A DNA stretch of 64,000 nt from assembly GCA_013265495.1 (NCBI GenBank), contig MU058718.1, positions 2,875,779 to 2,939,778 on the forward strand, read 5' to 3'. The stretch's first letter is position 1. Each line of letters begins with the position of its first letter. This document shows, piece after piece, positions 10,930 to 25,045 of the stretch. The notes below the pieces were generated by a model, which worked only from the letters and a program-made list of their open reading frames with translations, was not told where the DNA came from and ran no database searches. A program made the position numbers and the translations under genes. The stretch is from Vicugna vicugna. Its lineage: Eukaryota.

Positions 10930-13700
10930 ATATCTTGTCTTTCATGCTACACTAATACTTCATTGTGCCTTTGTTTTCATATTTAACATATGCTGAAGAT
11001 CTTTTAATGTCTATACACCTAAACTGCTTGTTATTTTTAACTGCTAAATACTATACCACAAGATTGCACCAGTATTTTTTTTGACATTTAGATATTACAT
11101 TCTTCTCTTTTCAAACCAACACTGTTAAGTCTTTTTTAAATATATTTTTATTTCTCTAGAAATAAATGAGCTGTAAGTTAACTTTATTCAGAATTGTCCT
11201 ATAGTGCTGTACTAATTTATACTCCTATAAAAATTATGAAAGAATCTATTTCTTCACACTCTTACAAACACTGGATATTAGCAATTGTTTTAACTTTTGC
11301 CAATTTGGTTGGCCAATTTGCCAATAGGCAAAAAAAAAAAATCTTAACAGTATATTAATGTTTGGTTACTCTGTTATTGGTAAAGTTGAACAGTTTTTCT
11401 TGTACTTATTAGCTGTTTTAAAACTTTTCTTCTGTGAATTGCTCAATAATATTTTCTCCCATATTCCTACTGTGTTGGTTGTATTTCTTTTATTGATTTA
11501 TACAAGCTCTTATATATAATAGATGCCAATTATTTGTTTGTTTTAAAAGTTGCACATATTTTCTCCCCACATCTCTCCCATCTTTAGGTGACATTTATTT
11601 TTAGGTAGTATATAGGAAAGTTAAAAGAATTTTTTTGTACTCAAATTTATCGACTTTGTTTTTGGTGATTTGTGAGAACTGTGTTTATTTGGGGAAAGCT
11701 TCCCCTACCCCAAGTTGGAAAATATATTTTTGTCTCCTGTCCTCTATTTTTATAGTTTAATTTTTAAATGTTTCTCTCTTTAATTAATCTATTTTTATGA
11801 GTTATACAAAGTTGATACCTAATTTTATTTTTCAAAAGAAACAGCTAATTTTTCTGGCACTAACCACTGAATAATCCCATCCTTCCCCTGTGATTTGAAA
11901 CGCCACCTATTTCATATACTAAGGTCCTTTTTATATATTGGTCCACTTCTGGCCTATTACACTATTCTAAATCAGGAATTGGCAAACCATAGCCTGTGGG
12001 CTAACTCCAACCTGCTGCCTGTTTTGTAAATAAAGTTTTATTGGAACACAGCCATGTGCATTTGTTCACATATTGTCTATGGCTGCTTTCATACTACAGT
12101 GGCAGAGTTGAGTAGTTGCAACAGAGACCATATGGCCCACAATGCCTAAAATATTTACTATTTAGCCCTTTGTAGAAAAAATTTGCCAATCTTTGCATCA
12201 GTATTATCAATATCAAGAACTCTGTAGTGTGTTTTGCAGCTGGAAAAGTAAGTATGTTCTCACTAGGTCTAAATTAAAAAAAAAACAAATCTTGGCTAGT
12301 CTTTATAAATGTCTTTGGGTGAATTTTACATTTAATTGACTATTGATATGGTAGGGTTTAAAAGTACCAATTTTCTATTTGTTTTTTAGTTGTCCTATTT
12401 GTTCTTTGTTCCTTTTCCCTCTTTGCCTTCTTTTGGGTTTAGTAATTTTTATTATTCTACTTTATCTCTTATGCTTTTATTTTTAGTGGTGGCTTTAGAG
12501 TTCATAGGCTATGCCTCTAGGCTATCATAATCCACCTTCAAGTAATACTTCAACACTTCAAATATAGTATAAGAAACTTCTAACAGTATACTTTTATCTT
12601 TCTTTCCTGGTCTTTTTGCTGTTGTGGTCATACATTCTATGTTTTACATATGTTATAAACTCCATAATATACTGTCTTTACTTTTGCTTTAGATGGTCAA
12701 CTACTTTTTGAAGAGATCTAAAATATGAAAAAAATTGTATTTTATATCTACCCACATATTTACCATTTCTGGGGCTCTTCATTCTTTGTGTGGATAAAGT
12801 TTTTTCATCTGACATTTTCTTTTTGCCTGAAAAACTTCTATTGACATTTCTTGTGCAGATCTGCTGGTGTTGAATTCTTTCAGCTTCTGCAGGTCTGAAA
12901 AAGGTTTTATTTCATCTTTGTTTTTGAAAGAGACTTTTGCTGGGTATACAATTCTAAGTTGACAGCACTTTTCTTTCAAAATTTAAAAAGGCGTGCTTTT
13001 TACACTAGGCAGGACCAGAACAACCTTTCATCGTGGAGAATACCCTTCTGAGTAGCTTATGAGATGTTCCATGTACTACAAAGTTTTTTTTCACTCTAGC
13101 TGGTAGGAACACAAACTATTTCCAGCCCTTTATAAGTTCCAGGGGTGGTTTTGCCCCTTTCTTGTGGTTCTCTCCCCAAACTCAGGTGCTTTCTTCACTT
13201 GTATGTGCTGATCAGCACTCAGCTGAAGACTTGAGGGGACCCTTCCGCAGATCTCCAGAATGTGTTCCCTCCGTCTCTCCCCCTGTCTTCCTCCTGCTCT
13301 TTGCATCTCTCTCTTCTCTGGTACTCTGTCCCCTGGACTCTAGTTATCTTGGCCTCCCCTAATCCTCCACTCTGCCTTCTCAGTTCAGGGAGATCACCCC
13401 TCCTTCACTGTGGCCTAGAAATGCTCTCCAGGCCAGATAAGGCTCATCTTGTTTTTCTCTTTTTGGGGCTTACTCTACTGCACTACCTGTTGCTGGATGT
13501 CTAAAAACCATTTTAATGAGTTACGTTTGTTTTGTTTTGTTTTTAGCTGTTTAAGGTGAGAGGGTAAAACTGGTTCTAATTACTCCATCATGGTTAGAAT
13601 ATTACATTTGGGATTTTGATTGGAATTGATGGGAAAATTTGACATTTACATCGAGTCTTTCCTTTTAGGAACATGGTATATTAACTTACTTAGGCCTTCT
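10930..13700 (-). mobile_element. Cluster of old L1 fragments including an ORF1 remnant
   Basis: Minus ORF 12779-12979 RIVYPAKVSFKNKDEIKPFSDLQKLKEF matches the L1 ORF1p C-terminal motif; T-rich antisense L1 text. Confidence 0.75.
11973..12195. mobile_element. MER58A-like hAT DNA transposon nested in L1
   Basis: caggaattggcaaac...gtaaataaagttttattggaacacagcc...tttgccaatctttg with terminal inverted repeats. Confidence 0.85.
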
Positions 13701-15084
13701 TTTAATTACTCCAGTGGCTTTGATGGTCTTCCACATTTATATTGATGTTGCATTTAAAGGCCCCCAAAAAGGCTCCTTACTTTCTCTCTTATAGCATCCT
13801 GTTTATATCCTGTAGCAATTCAGGGATAGAGTCTAAGAGGACCCTGGAGCTTCTGCTTTGTCGAGAAGCTCCTATATTGATCGTCTTCCCTGACCTCTGT
13901 GGGTCAGAAGAAGGCGGCCTGATCTTAGGGGCTGGCTTTGTCCCAGCCGACTCTTCCATAATGGCAGAGCAGGGCTGAGCAGCTCTGGATTGGGGCCCGG
14001 GTGTGGATGAGAAAACACTAGCAGCACCTCGCTCAGAACCCCAAGATAGAAACTGGCTTAGAGCCACTTCATGTTGGCCTGGCTGCTCTGAAGCTTGTTT
14101 CCACTCTTACATACTCTTCAGAAGTAAGATCTGAAGACTGAACTACTGCCCTGTTGGGGGTGCTATCATCTCTACCTGGTTTTGGGGGTCACTCTACCTA
14201 CCTTATGTGTATGCTAGGCCTTTTCTCTGACAGATGGTTACTAATGCACAGAAAAAAAATCCCTAAGAATATCTCTGGGATAAACAGACATTTGAGGGCT
14301 AGTTAGGGAAGTTGGTGTTAAGTATTCTAAATATCAAACAACCAGTTTAGAAGCAAACTTGGAACGTAATTCCTTCCTAAGCTGGGAACTGTCTGAAATC
14401 CATCTCTTGCCATAATGACACTGATAAACTAAGGAGACCTTAACTGGCTACAGTTGATACCAGATGGATAAACACCCACCCTAAGTAATGAGTTGGTTAA
14501 TTATAGCTGTGCCATGTTTATAGACTTGTTAATCTCTTGAGAATATATAACTCCGTCACCTACAATGGCTCACAGCATCTTAACAGGACTTTTCAGAGTT
14601 AAGGCTCCTCCATTAACTCAAAATACGTATCTTAAGAGTTAAAGGGTTGGGTGGAATTTAGTTTACTATTTTCATTACACCTCTGTGTGGGATCAACTTG
14701 TATAAAGCATCAGAGAAATGACAAGGCAAATAAAACAATGACAGGAGATTTCAAAATATTTTACTGGCACCCACATAACCCCCACCTCATACTGAGCTGG
14801 ACAGTCATATGTATATGACACCCAAGTCTCTAGAATATGGGTGTGTTCAGACTTTCTGAGTCTGAGTTCTGTGACTCGCTTGAACATTGGTTCACCCTCT
14901 TGACAGCCAGGTTGGCAAAAAGGAAACAATGTCACTCTCACAAAACACAATATACCTGGACACTCTTGGGACTCAAGCCATCCCAAATGTGGATTATGCC
15001 AGTTCAAGAGGAGATAACTGATGGTCTAAATTGCTTGGGCTCACCTATAGACCACTGGGTTGCAATCCTGATGCATAGGAGCAT

Positions 15085-15208
15085 CACTGGCAGGACTTTT
15101 AGCAGCACCATGCCCAACCAAGTCCAGATAAATCAGAATCTCTGGACTGGGCCCCAGGCATTTTTCTCCAGGTCATTCTAATGTGCAGCCAGGGCTGAGA
15201 ACCACTGC
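15085..15208. mobile_element. MER5A-like fragment
   Basis: aatcagaatctctgg...ccaggtcattctaatgtgcagccagggctgagaaccactg. Confidence 0.75.
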
Positions 15209-16004
15209 TATAGACTAGAGTGGTTGAGGCCACTGTGCCAATTTTCAAGGTATTCATGCAGAGATCTTAATTCATAACATAAAGCCATAATTAACTCTTC
15301 ATTCCTCCCAAGGACACTGCTAAGTATGGCAAAACTGCCTACTTCTCCAGTTTTTAGCTTTGGAGGGGATGACCGTGGGTGTAAGAGTGTGTGTGTGTGT
15401 GTGACAATCCCATCACTCTGCTTCCCATATAGCTTTTGAATCTTTCCCTTTTTCTCTCTGCTGCCACATCTTTAGTTCAAATCCTCATCGTCTGTCTAGT
15501 CTTGCTGCTCCCTGCCCACCTCTATCTGCACTGTTTCCATTATTTCTCTCAAACATCAAACACAGCTCTTTGCTCGCATAATCCCCTTCAGTGGCTCCTT
15601 GCTGTCCAGATTCTCAGTGTCTTCATCTGGGCCCCCAAAGTCTTTCACAAGTAGGCTGGGGAGTCATTACTCAAGCCAAAGGGTCTCTTGCAGGGCCCTG
15701 AATAAGCATTGTCATCTCTGGTTTTCAGCCCCTGCCTGGACAGCATGTACCTCACCCTCTTTTGCCACAAGTTCCCATTTAAGGCTCTTTGGAATGAAAC
15801 CTTCTCTGATCTTCCCACCTCCCATCCCCACCTCCCAGGTCTTCACTGCCTGTGCCAAAGCAACATCTGATGAAGCCTTGTGCATGTCTGGCAGATAGCA
15901 GGTGCGCCAAAAAAAGTGTGAAAACAAAAAGTTCCATTTATTATGCTATCAAAGTTGCAAGTCTGTCTTTCCTATTAGATTCTGAGCTTTCTCTAAAAAC
16001 AGTG

Positions 16005-16170
16005 GGTAACATGGTGTATGTAGTAGAAAAAAAGCAGCTTTTGGAGATGAATTTAGGTTGAAAACGCCCCTCTGTCACTTACTAGCTACAGGATCTTAGG
16101 CAAATTGAACTGTTTTCTCAGCTGCAAAAGGTGGGTGATCACACCTTGAAGGGTTGTGATGTAATATCAG
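16005..16170 (+). mobile_element. MIR SINE
   Basis: ctgtcacttactagct...ttaggcaaatt...ttctcagctgcaaaa. Confidence 0.65.
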
Positions 16171-17086
16171 ACAGAGTACGGGACCAGATATTTTCTCCCC
16201 TTGCCTCCAACTCACAATTTACCAGACCCTCTGCAAGATTCATGAATAACACCCCCACTAGAAAGCTTTTGTTTTGTATTGTATGCTTCCAAACGCCCAA
16301 AGAACTCAATCCTATAGAAGTTCAATGTTAGAAGATTTGAAAACCCTCCCCTCTCCCACCCTAGTCGTCAGGGGCATATTATACCCATTACCTTATTTAA
16401 TCCCCAGCAGTCCTTTGAATGATTCCTGCTTTACAGCCAAAACAGCTGGAGCAAAGACACGGTACTGAATTTTCTTTCAGGAGGGGAGCCGGCTTCTCAG
16501 GATCCTGACATTGACTCTGAGCTCTGGGCTCTGCTTCATGCCTTGTCGCCCTCACCGACGGTCCTGTGAATGCACACTTTTAAATGCAACCACTTGTTTT
16601 TCTGAAATTAGAACCAACTTTCCAATAATGACTGTTTAATGCGCAAAATTTAAAATAGCTATTTTAATTTAAAAAAAACGAAAACTATTATTCTGTTTTA
16701 AGAAGTAGAGAGTCCTTTCTGCCCCACATTTTGGGACTGAATGGTGGCTGACTGCCACACCCTCAGACTTAGCCTCTGGGAGCTTTGGTCCCGGCATCTC
16801 TAACTTGAGAAGACTAGTTCCTGCCTTATGGGAACGTGAGGCTCATGTGAGTTAACACATGGACTTCTAATCCATGTAGAGCAGGTCTGGCACAGGGCAG
16901 GGCTCAGCGTCAGCTATTAGCATCATCACCACAAGGGCTGTTTTGCTCAGAACTCTAACAGCTTGTCCTTTAATGTGCTCTACCATAGGAAAGAAGAACA
17001 CAGAGAAAACATTCACTCTTACACTTCTAGCTTTACTGAGAAGTCTAATAATAAAAAAGGCACTTCAAAGACAAATAAAAAGTAAC

Positions 17087-17092
17087 TTTATT
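17087..17092 (-). terminator. Distal polyadenylation signal AATAAA
   Basis: Minus strand reads AATAAAgttactttttatttgtctttgaagtgcctttttt (U/GU-rich downstream element), with TGTA motifs upstream. Confidence 0.75.
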
Positions 17093-18470
17093 GACTGCTA
17101 ATCTTACCATGAAATTCCTATAAGAATAATTACAAAATAATGCATTTTTTAACACACTTTTGGTATCATCTTGATATGATGATCCTTTCACAGAAAGGAT
17201 TATGTACAGTTTATGCAGATATAAAGTTCATTGTTGCAAATACAAATGTAGATGTGTAGAGGCAACATACACCAAATTGGTATACTGACTAGCAATGGAT
17301 ATTAACAAGTGCAGAAATAAATAACAGCTTTATACTTTTCTTTTCCTTTTTTTATTTTTTAAAACAATTTTGAAATACAAAAATGTCGATATTCAAAATG
17401 GATTTTCATATACATATATATAATTCTGTTGCAAACAGTGGGTCAAAAAAAGCAAAAATGTCCTTAGCATGTTTCAATTTTGAAAACCCATGAGACTTTT
17501 CATAAATCCAATTAGAAAGAGGGTGTGCAAAACCACCAACAATGCTGGCAAAATCCTAAAGGCCTGATTCTGTTTGAAGTAGAGAGAAAACAAAGTATAA
17601 AGCACTATGTACTTAATTAAATACGTTGTTCTTCTTTTTTCCTTGATGTTTAAACAAGAAACACTAAGAGCTAAGGAAATGCACCACATGACGGCCTGTG
17701 CTCTTTGCAGACAAACTTCATCAGGATTTGTCTCTTAAGCATCTATAAGACATGGTGGATTATTTAATGACTTATCAGTAAAACAGTCATTAGATGATCC
17801 TTTCATACTTTCATCTTTTACACAAAGATTGAGACAGTTTTATACATTCTGAGATCTGAAACTTTGGTTCTTTTTAAAATACTGGATAAAAGCAAAATCA
17901 TTTCACAACTATAGAATTCTATAGAACTTTTTTCCTTTTAAAGTGTCAAGTTAAACCAATCTGACTAGGCTTGTGTATACACGCTGTCCCGTCACACCCA
18001 CGTGGGGACATGGACATGCGATGGCAGCACGGGGGGCCTGCTCACGTTCTCCCCGTGTTTATAACACTGACTCCCACCCACGCGGAACACTGCAGGTTCT
18101 GCTGGACCCTAAATCTACTTCTCTGTTACCTGAAAACTTAACTTTGTATAAAAATATGACTGCTTCTTTAGAAAATAATATAGTATTTTTTAATAAAACC
18201 TGGTAGATAGAAAAAATGGTATATCAAAATATGGTAAACAAATGTTGTAAAATATGAAATCATTAAAAACATCTCATAGAAAGACATTGTGCTAAAGTAC
18301 TTTCCTGAAGCGCCAGCCACGCTGTTACTGGACGTCTAAAGGTTAGTGAGCTCAGCCCTGACTGGGCTTCCCTATCTATCCTGACAGCAGTGGCAGTAAC
18401 TCTCTTAAAAATGGCCCATTCTCAAACACTAACATTTTCTTCAGAATTAATGAAAAGACATCCTCTGGGT

Positions 18471-18652
18471 CGGTGGTTTACAACCCCAATACATACTAGC
18501 TCCATCTGGAAAACTTTAAAAGAAAAGGCAATTCCCCCTGGGTCTTACCACGAGAGACTGATTTAATTCGTCTAAGGTCGGATCCTTACAATTGCCACTT
18601 TTTTTAAGGCTCCCCAGATAATTCTATTATGCAACCAGAGTTGAGAACTACG
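18471..18652. mobile_element. MER5A-like element inside the FRMD6 3' UTR
   Basis: cggtggttt...ctccccagataattctattatgcaaccagagttgagaactac. Confidence 0.7.
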
Positions 18653-19783
18653 GCAAAAGACATGAGAAAACAGCTGTTCTTAACTCTATATCTATCAGTT
18701 GATTGTCTGTAGGTATCATTCATTCAATGACATATCCTCTGTGTTAAACAAGAAAGACGACGTATACAAGACAGTCATGGAAGCCGAGATGAAAAGTTAG
18801 TTGGTAAGCTTTAAACACACATAAACACGCAGTCTCATGTATTTATATATGTATCACATACACGTATAGTCAGGGTATTCTGGTTAAGCAGAAACCGGGA
18901 TTACCATAATTTGTTCTTGATTTAAAAAAATAAAACAAAACAAAAACCACCAAGCACGAATATATTCTAAGACGTTTCCATAGTTTTAAGAGATACTGGT
19001 TTGGAAATTCATGATGACAGGAACACAACTGATCCATTGCTGGATGAGGGACTCCACGGAGTCCAGACTAGAGCTTTCTGGAAGAGCAGGAGGAGGACAT
19101 GGCACGGACCAGGCATGAAGGAGTCACAAGGCATCACAGCATGCACTGTCTTTTGGTTATTGCTTAATTCACATCTTCTTGACCCTGGGCTGCACGTCTG
19201 TGCTGGCCACATCTTTGGCGAGCTAGAACCACATGCTTTTGACCGCTTCATCCGTGTTCACTTTGGGACAGCCCCAGTGAGGTGGCGATGGTTACACACT
19301 AGCAAGGTCCCTCTGTTAAAAGAAGAGAGCCTCTTCTCTCTCTCCTCCCTCAAAACACCAGCATTTCAGGAGGGAGTGGTAAAAAAAAAATTACAAGCAA
19401 ACAAATACACCTAACAATGCCTTTCATGTGATGAAAAAACATGATGTTACATGTAACTGAACTAAAAAACAAAACAATGAAGAAATGCACCACAGTTCAA
19501 TATTGTGAAGGCTTGGTAACCAGTAAAGCACATTTCCTTCCAAAGGATCAAGGAACGTCTGGGCACTTGTCTTGCTGTACATTCTCTGCAGTTCTTTTAC
19601 TCCTGTGTAATACTTAAAGTGCAACTGTCCCAGGGCTTTTATTTCCATCGCAGGTATTATAAAGAAAGAGCTAAGTTTGGGGTAAAGAAAATATGGCACA
19701 AGGAATAAGTAAAGAAAGAACCCATGGCTTTCACAGCCTCTAGCAAACAGCAGGCTGTCCGCATAGCTGCACAGAGGCGTCCT

Positions 19784-20098
<315 letters not shown>

Positions 20099-21791
20099 TT
20101 AAGAGTACAGACTAAAGTGAAAGTATAGTGATATTGCCCTGTACACAGAGAAGCTGCAAAATCACGAAAGGTTAAGGAATCCTTGCACATTAGAAAGTGG
20201 TTTCCAGCCTGTGGTTTCTGGGCCCTGAGGCCCTGTGGGGGGGAATGCTGCCGCCACCACCACCACCACGAGCAACAGCAGCCAACATTTACTGAGCCCT
20301 TATTATGTGCTAGGCCCCAGTGACTCATTTCATCTCCCCATCCGCCCTGTGAGACAGGTGCTATCATTCTCTACAAATGAACAGCCCAAAGCACAGACAA
20401 GTAACTGCAAGAGGAATTCAACTGTCTCCAACAGCTCAGGAATCAAGCAGTCACCCTAAAATAGGTAGAGATACTGCACAGGTAGAGATTCTGTTTCTTT
20501 GTTTTTCCATGAAGGCGTGGCAATTCAGCACAGCAACACTCTCACACTGTGGTCTGTTATTATTTTAATAAAAAATGGAGTGTTTCTTATTAATAAGAAT
20601 AACAAACCAATTATCACTCAAGAAACACAGTTTAAAGAACTATTTTTTGAAAAGCCAGAATTCTTGGGTAGAAAAATAATACCAAGCGTTCTTGGTACAG
20701 AAAAGGTTGGGAGGCATGCCCCAGGATTAAGAGGCAGCTCCTCAACACTGCAAGGGTCGTATTCTGCCAAATACTTCACCCAGCAGGTAGTGGACTTCTA
20801 GAACTCATTACCTCAAGAGGCGGCGCTGGCTGAAAATATAAGTAGGTTAGAAAAATGACTCCGATAATGAATGAATGGAAGACACTTGATGGGTTATTTA
20901 TGAAAACGAGGCAGTACATCTCTAATCTACTTTTGTTGCTGAACTCCACAAAAGCCAGCCTTGTTAGAATAAGATACCACTTTTGGAGCAACAGTGCTGG
21001 GAGGAAAGAGAAGTGAGTCCAACTTTTCACTAGGAGGTGTCATGTCTGAGCACCCCTGAAGATGACGGCCTCTTGTACTGACGCTGTCTTCCAAGGCACC
21101 ACCACAGTTACACACACAGCATTCATTAGGTCATCGCCACAAATCCTCAAGGTGGGCACACAATGCTCTCCCTACTTCATAGGTGTGGAATCTGACCCTC
21201 AGCTGTGTCCTACAAACGTTTACATACAGTAAGAGCCAACAATGGCAGGGCAGGGATGCAAACCCAGGCAGGATGACCCTGGATCATCATGCCACATGTA
21301 GTGTTGTAAAGATTCCTCACTGGAGTTTCCAATATTTAATAGAATGTCATATTCATTTCACGTTATGGCTACTTAAATGGAAGAGGAAAACAGGACAAAT
21401 GAGAAAAAGGGGAAGAGAGAGAAAAATACAGGAGGGAGGCAAAGACTGTCAGAATGCAAAAGAAAGAAAAGAAAGGAACACATGTAGAAGAAAAAAAAAA
21501 AAGACATGGAGGGAGCCCAAGAAAGAGAGGCACAGGAGAGAGAGCATGTGCTCAGAAGACAGAGATGAACATCAGTTGTAGATTATATCCAAACACTGCG
21601 ACCATGAGTTTCAGAGTATTTTAATTTATCTCTATCTTCTGACAGTTTAATAGTCTAACCAGTGATCACAGGTTATCAAATGCTCTAGCTTAGCACAGTT
21701 TGAAAATTTAGTCTGAATGGAACAATCATACATTTCTGCCATAACACACCTAACAAGAAAACCACTCTCCCAACTGTTGAGGTCAATCAAA

Positions 21792-21826
21792 ACAGACAGA
21801 CAGACAGACAGACACACACACACACA
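21792..21826. repeat. (CAGA)n(CA)n compound microsatellite
   Basis: acagacagacagacagacagacacacacacacaca. Confidence 0.85.
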
Positions 21827-22128
21827 GTTACCCTGAAGCCTGAAGACCAGAGACTTTCCATCTATATAAAGTATGAAACAAAGTACATAATTTATCCAAA
21901 TAAAAACCAACTCAACTTCAGCAACTATTTACAGAACAAACAGAGAAGGTATAAGAGAATTCTTGAAACAGAAAAAAAAAGCCTCCAAGATAAATGGAAC
22001 TAGCAAATAAATGGACACAAATTTAGACTAAAACTAGAATTTATGTATCTAGTAAGAATCATTTCCTTAAGGTTTTTAATTTTTGCTCGTTTATAATGTA
22101 ACTGTAAGTTCCTATTTAAAATTCTCTA

Positions 22129-22302
<174 letters not shown>

Positions 22303-23729
22303 TTATTCATACTCCCTGCCGCATATCTAACATACACTACTGCCAAGAACCAAAGGGCAAGTAAGTATCACCCATTCCTAGAAAATCTCACTGTGACCCT
22401 TCAGTGGCAGACAACCAGGGTGGGACACATTCTCTCTTTTGTCTTACAGTAAACAGGGAGCAGTGAGATACATGTGGGGTTAGAAGATGGAGTGTAGAAG
22501 CTGAATTATGAAAAATAAGCTTTTCATTAAGCTGTTCATGATGAAGTCAGGAATAAAAACAAAGACCGTGGGTGCACACACACTCAGGCAGTGAGAGCCT
22601 GTTCTCTGTGCAGCTATAACATGCACGTATAGAAATATACGTTGAAACGTGTATGATAAAGTAATTGGACAAAAAAGGGCAATGTCTGGTCTGAGAACTC
22701 GAAGCATGACTAGAGCAACCAGCCTGCTGAGTCCCTGTTGGTCAGAGTGATTCTCTGCTACCACGGGCAGGTTTGCTTCTGGCCGAGCCTCTGAAGGCCA
22801 TGGTTTCTGCTCCATTAGCAAATGCAATTCTGCAGCAGAAAGTCCCTCGTACACCTACAGAGCACTGCCAGGATGACGGGGACTGTGTGTGTTAACTTAT
22901 TTATCCCTGATTCCCTGCCCTGGCACACGGCAGAGGCTCACGATCAGAGACCGTGAGCCTCGACAGGGCAAAGACAGGGCACTCCAGTTGTCACAGGGTC
23001 TTCCACTCAGTCAGTGCTCTAAATGTCAGAACAATACACACCGAGGTCACTTTGACAGTGCTGGTTCCTAAAGCGTATTCCTCTAAAGAACAGAGACTAA
23101 CTCATGACATAAGACAAAAGCAATTACAAGTCTGAGGTTTAAAAATAAAACTCATACTGCTGCTAGTTTTTTTTAAGATAACATCTTTCATTTGTTAGAA
23201 ATATATATCATGTAATATTATATAACCCCATAAAAGGGTTATGGTGAATACATATTTTCCAGAATAATTCATCAAATACAAAATTTAAGAATCTTTTTAT
23301 GTCGACCTTTTAAGACACTTTTTCCTCCAGACTCCTCCTATACTCTGTATGATATAGTGGGGGAAAACAAAACACAACAAACCTGGAGACCCAACTTCCA
23401 TTTCTAGCCACACAGCATTTATCCTCTCCAAACTATGAATTTTCTCATCTATAGAAAGGAGCTCAGCCTGAAGGGGCTCCAAGCCCCTTCCAGATGTATT
23501 ATATAATTCTCTGATTATCATTTAAAATAGCAAAAAAAAAAAAAAAGGCAAAACCCTATCACACATGAGGTAGAAGATGCTAATTCCAATCCTGAGTGCT
23601 TTCTCTCTCCACTTTCCCTCTCTTCCACGGAAGGCACTGGATCCTGCAGTTTGCGACACTGACGCACTCCTGTCTCTGATCTGGAGCCCCCGCCCTGCCC
23701 CTTCCACTTCCCGGGGCACCTGCTTCTCA

Positions 23730-23936
<207 letters not shown>

Positions 23937-24625
23937 TTAGTGACATAAGGGGAAATAGCCACCAAAATTCGTAGCCACACCTTGAGGGAGGCTATGTCAT
24001 GTTTTATATTTAAAAATAACTTTGCTCATGAGACACTACAACAGGAAGCTCTAGGAATAATTCCCAACTAGATGCTACCTGTTCTCTTTTTTCATAATAT
24101 GGCTGTGATATCTCCATGTCTGCTAGCGCCATGATTTGACTGTCAATTATTCTTTAAGAAAAAAAGAAAAGCTGTCCTAGCATTGCTGTGATGACAAAGG
24201 GCAAACTAAGACTAATGGGTCGTCTGCCTAATGCCAAAGCGGACGCTGACACAGACAGACTGAGCAGTGAAGCTCATGAAGCTCCCCACCGCACACATCT
24301 GCGTCCTCTCCAAGCGTTTAGTGACTCGATTTGAGAGCCACATGAATTCTATAGTAACCACACATATGTTCTGCAATTTTCCTTAACGGAGTCAATACAT
24401 CTTTCCCCCAAACCTGAATGCTACAGAATTATTTGAGATGAAAAACAATAAAAAAGGTGCACACAAATACTAAGTTTGGCTGATATAGGCTGTAGGTCTT
24501 GTTTTATCTCCAGCCAAATGCTGTATTTCTTTCTTCCCTATTACGTCAATTCTCCTGAACCAATACTGGAAAAAAAGCTAAGAGAGAAAAAGCAGAGCCC
24601 CCGTGATGATGGGTGAGTGCTGTTA

Positions 24626-25045
<420 letters not shown>

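Larger units (their letters stand above)
17070..19783 (-). other. FRMD6: FRMD6 3' UTR (~2.7 kb, end approximate)
   Basis: AT-rich, TE-poor stretch from the stop codon to a canonical poly(A) signal; MIR-bearing DNA resumes below ~16930. Confidence 0.75.

Noticed and set aside
17049..17080. Plus-strand AATAAA hexamers as the end of a convergent gene
   Set aside because: They are the complement of FRMD6's U-rich downstream element, and no plus-strand exons were found.
19001..19414. 137-aa plus-strand ORF antisense to the 3' UTR
   Set aside because: Non-ATG start, no recognisable domain and no splice support.
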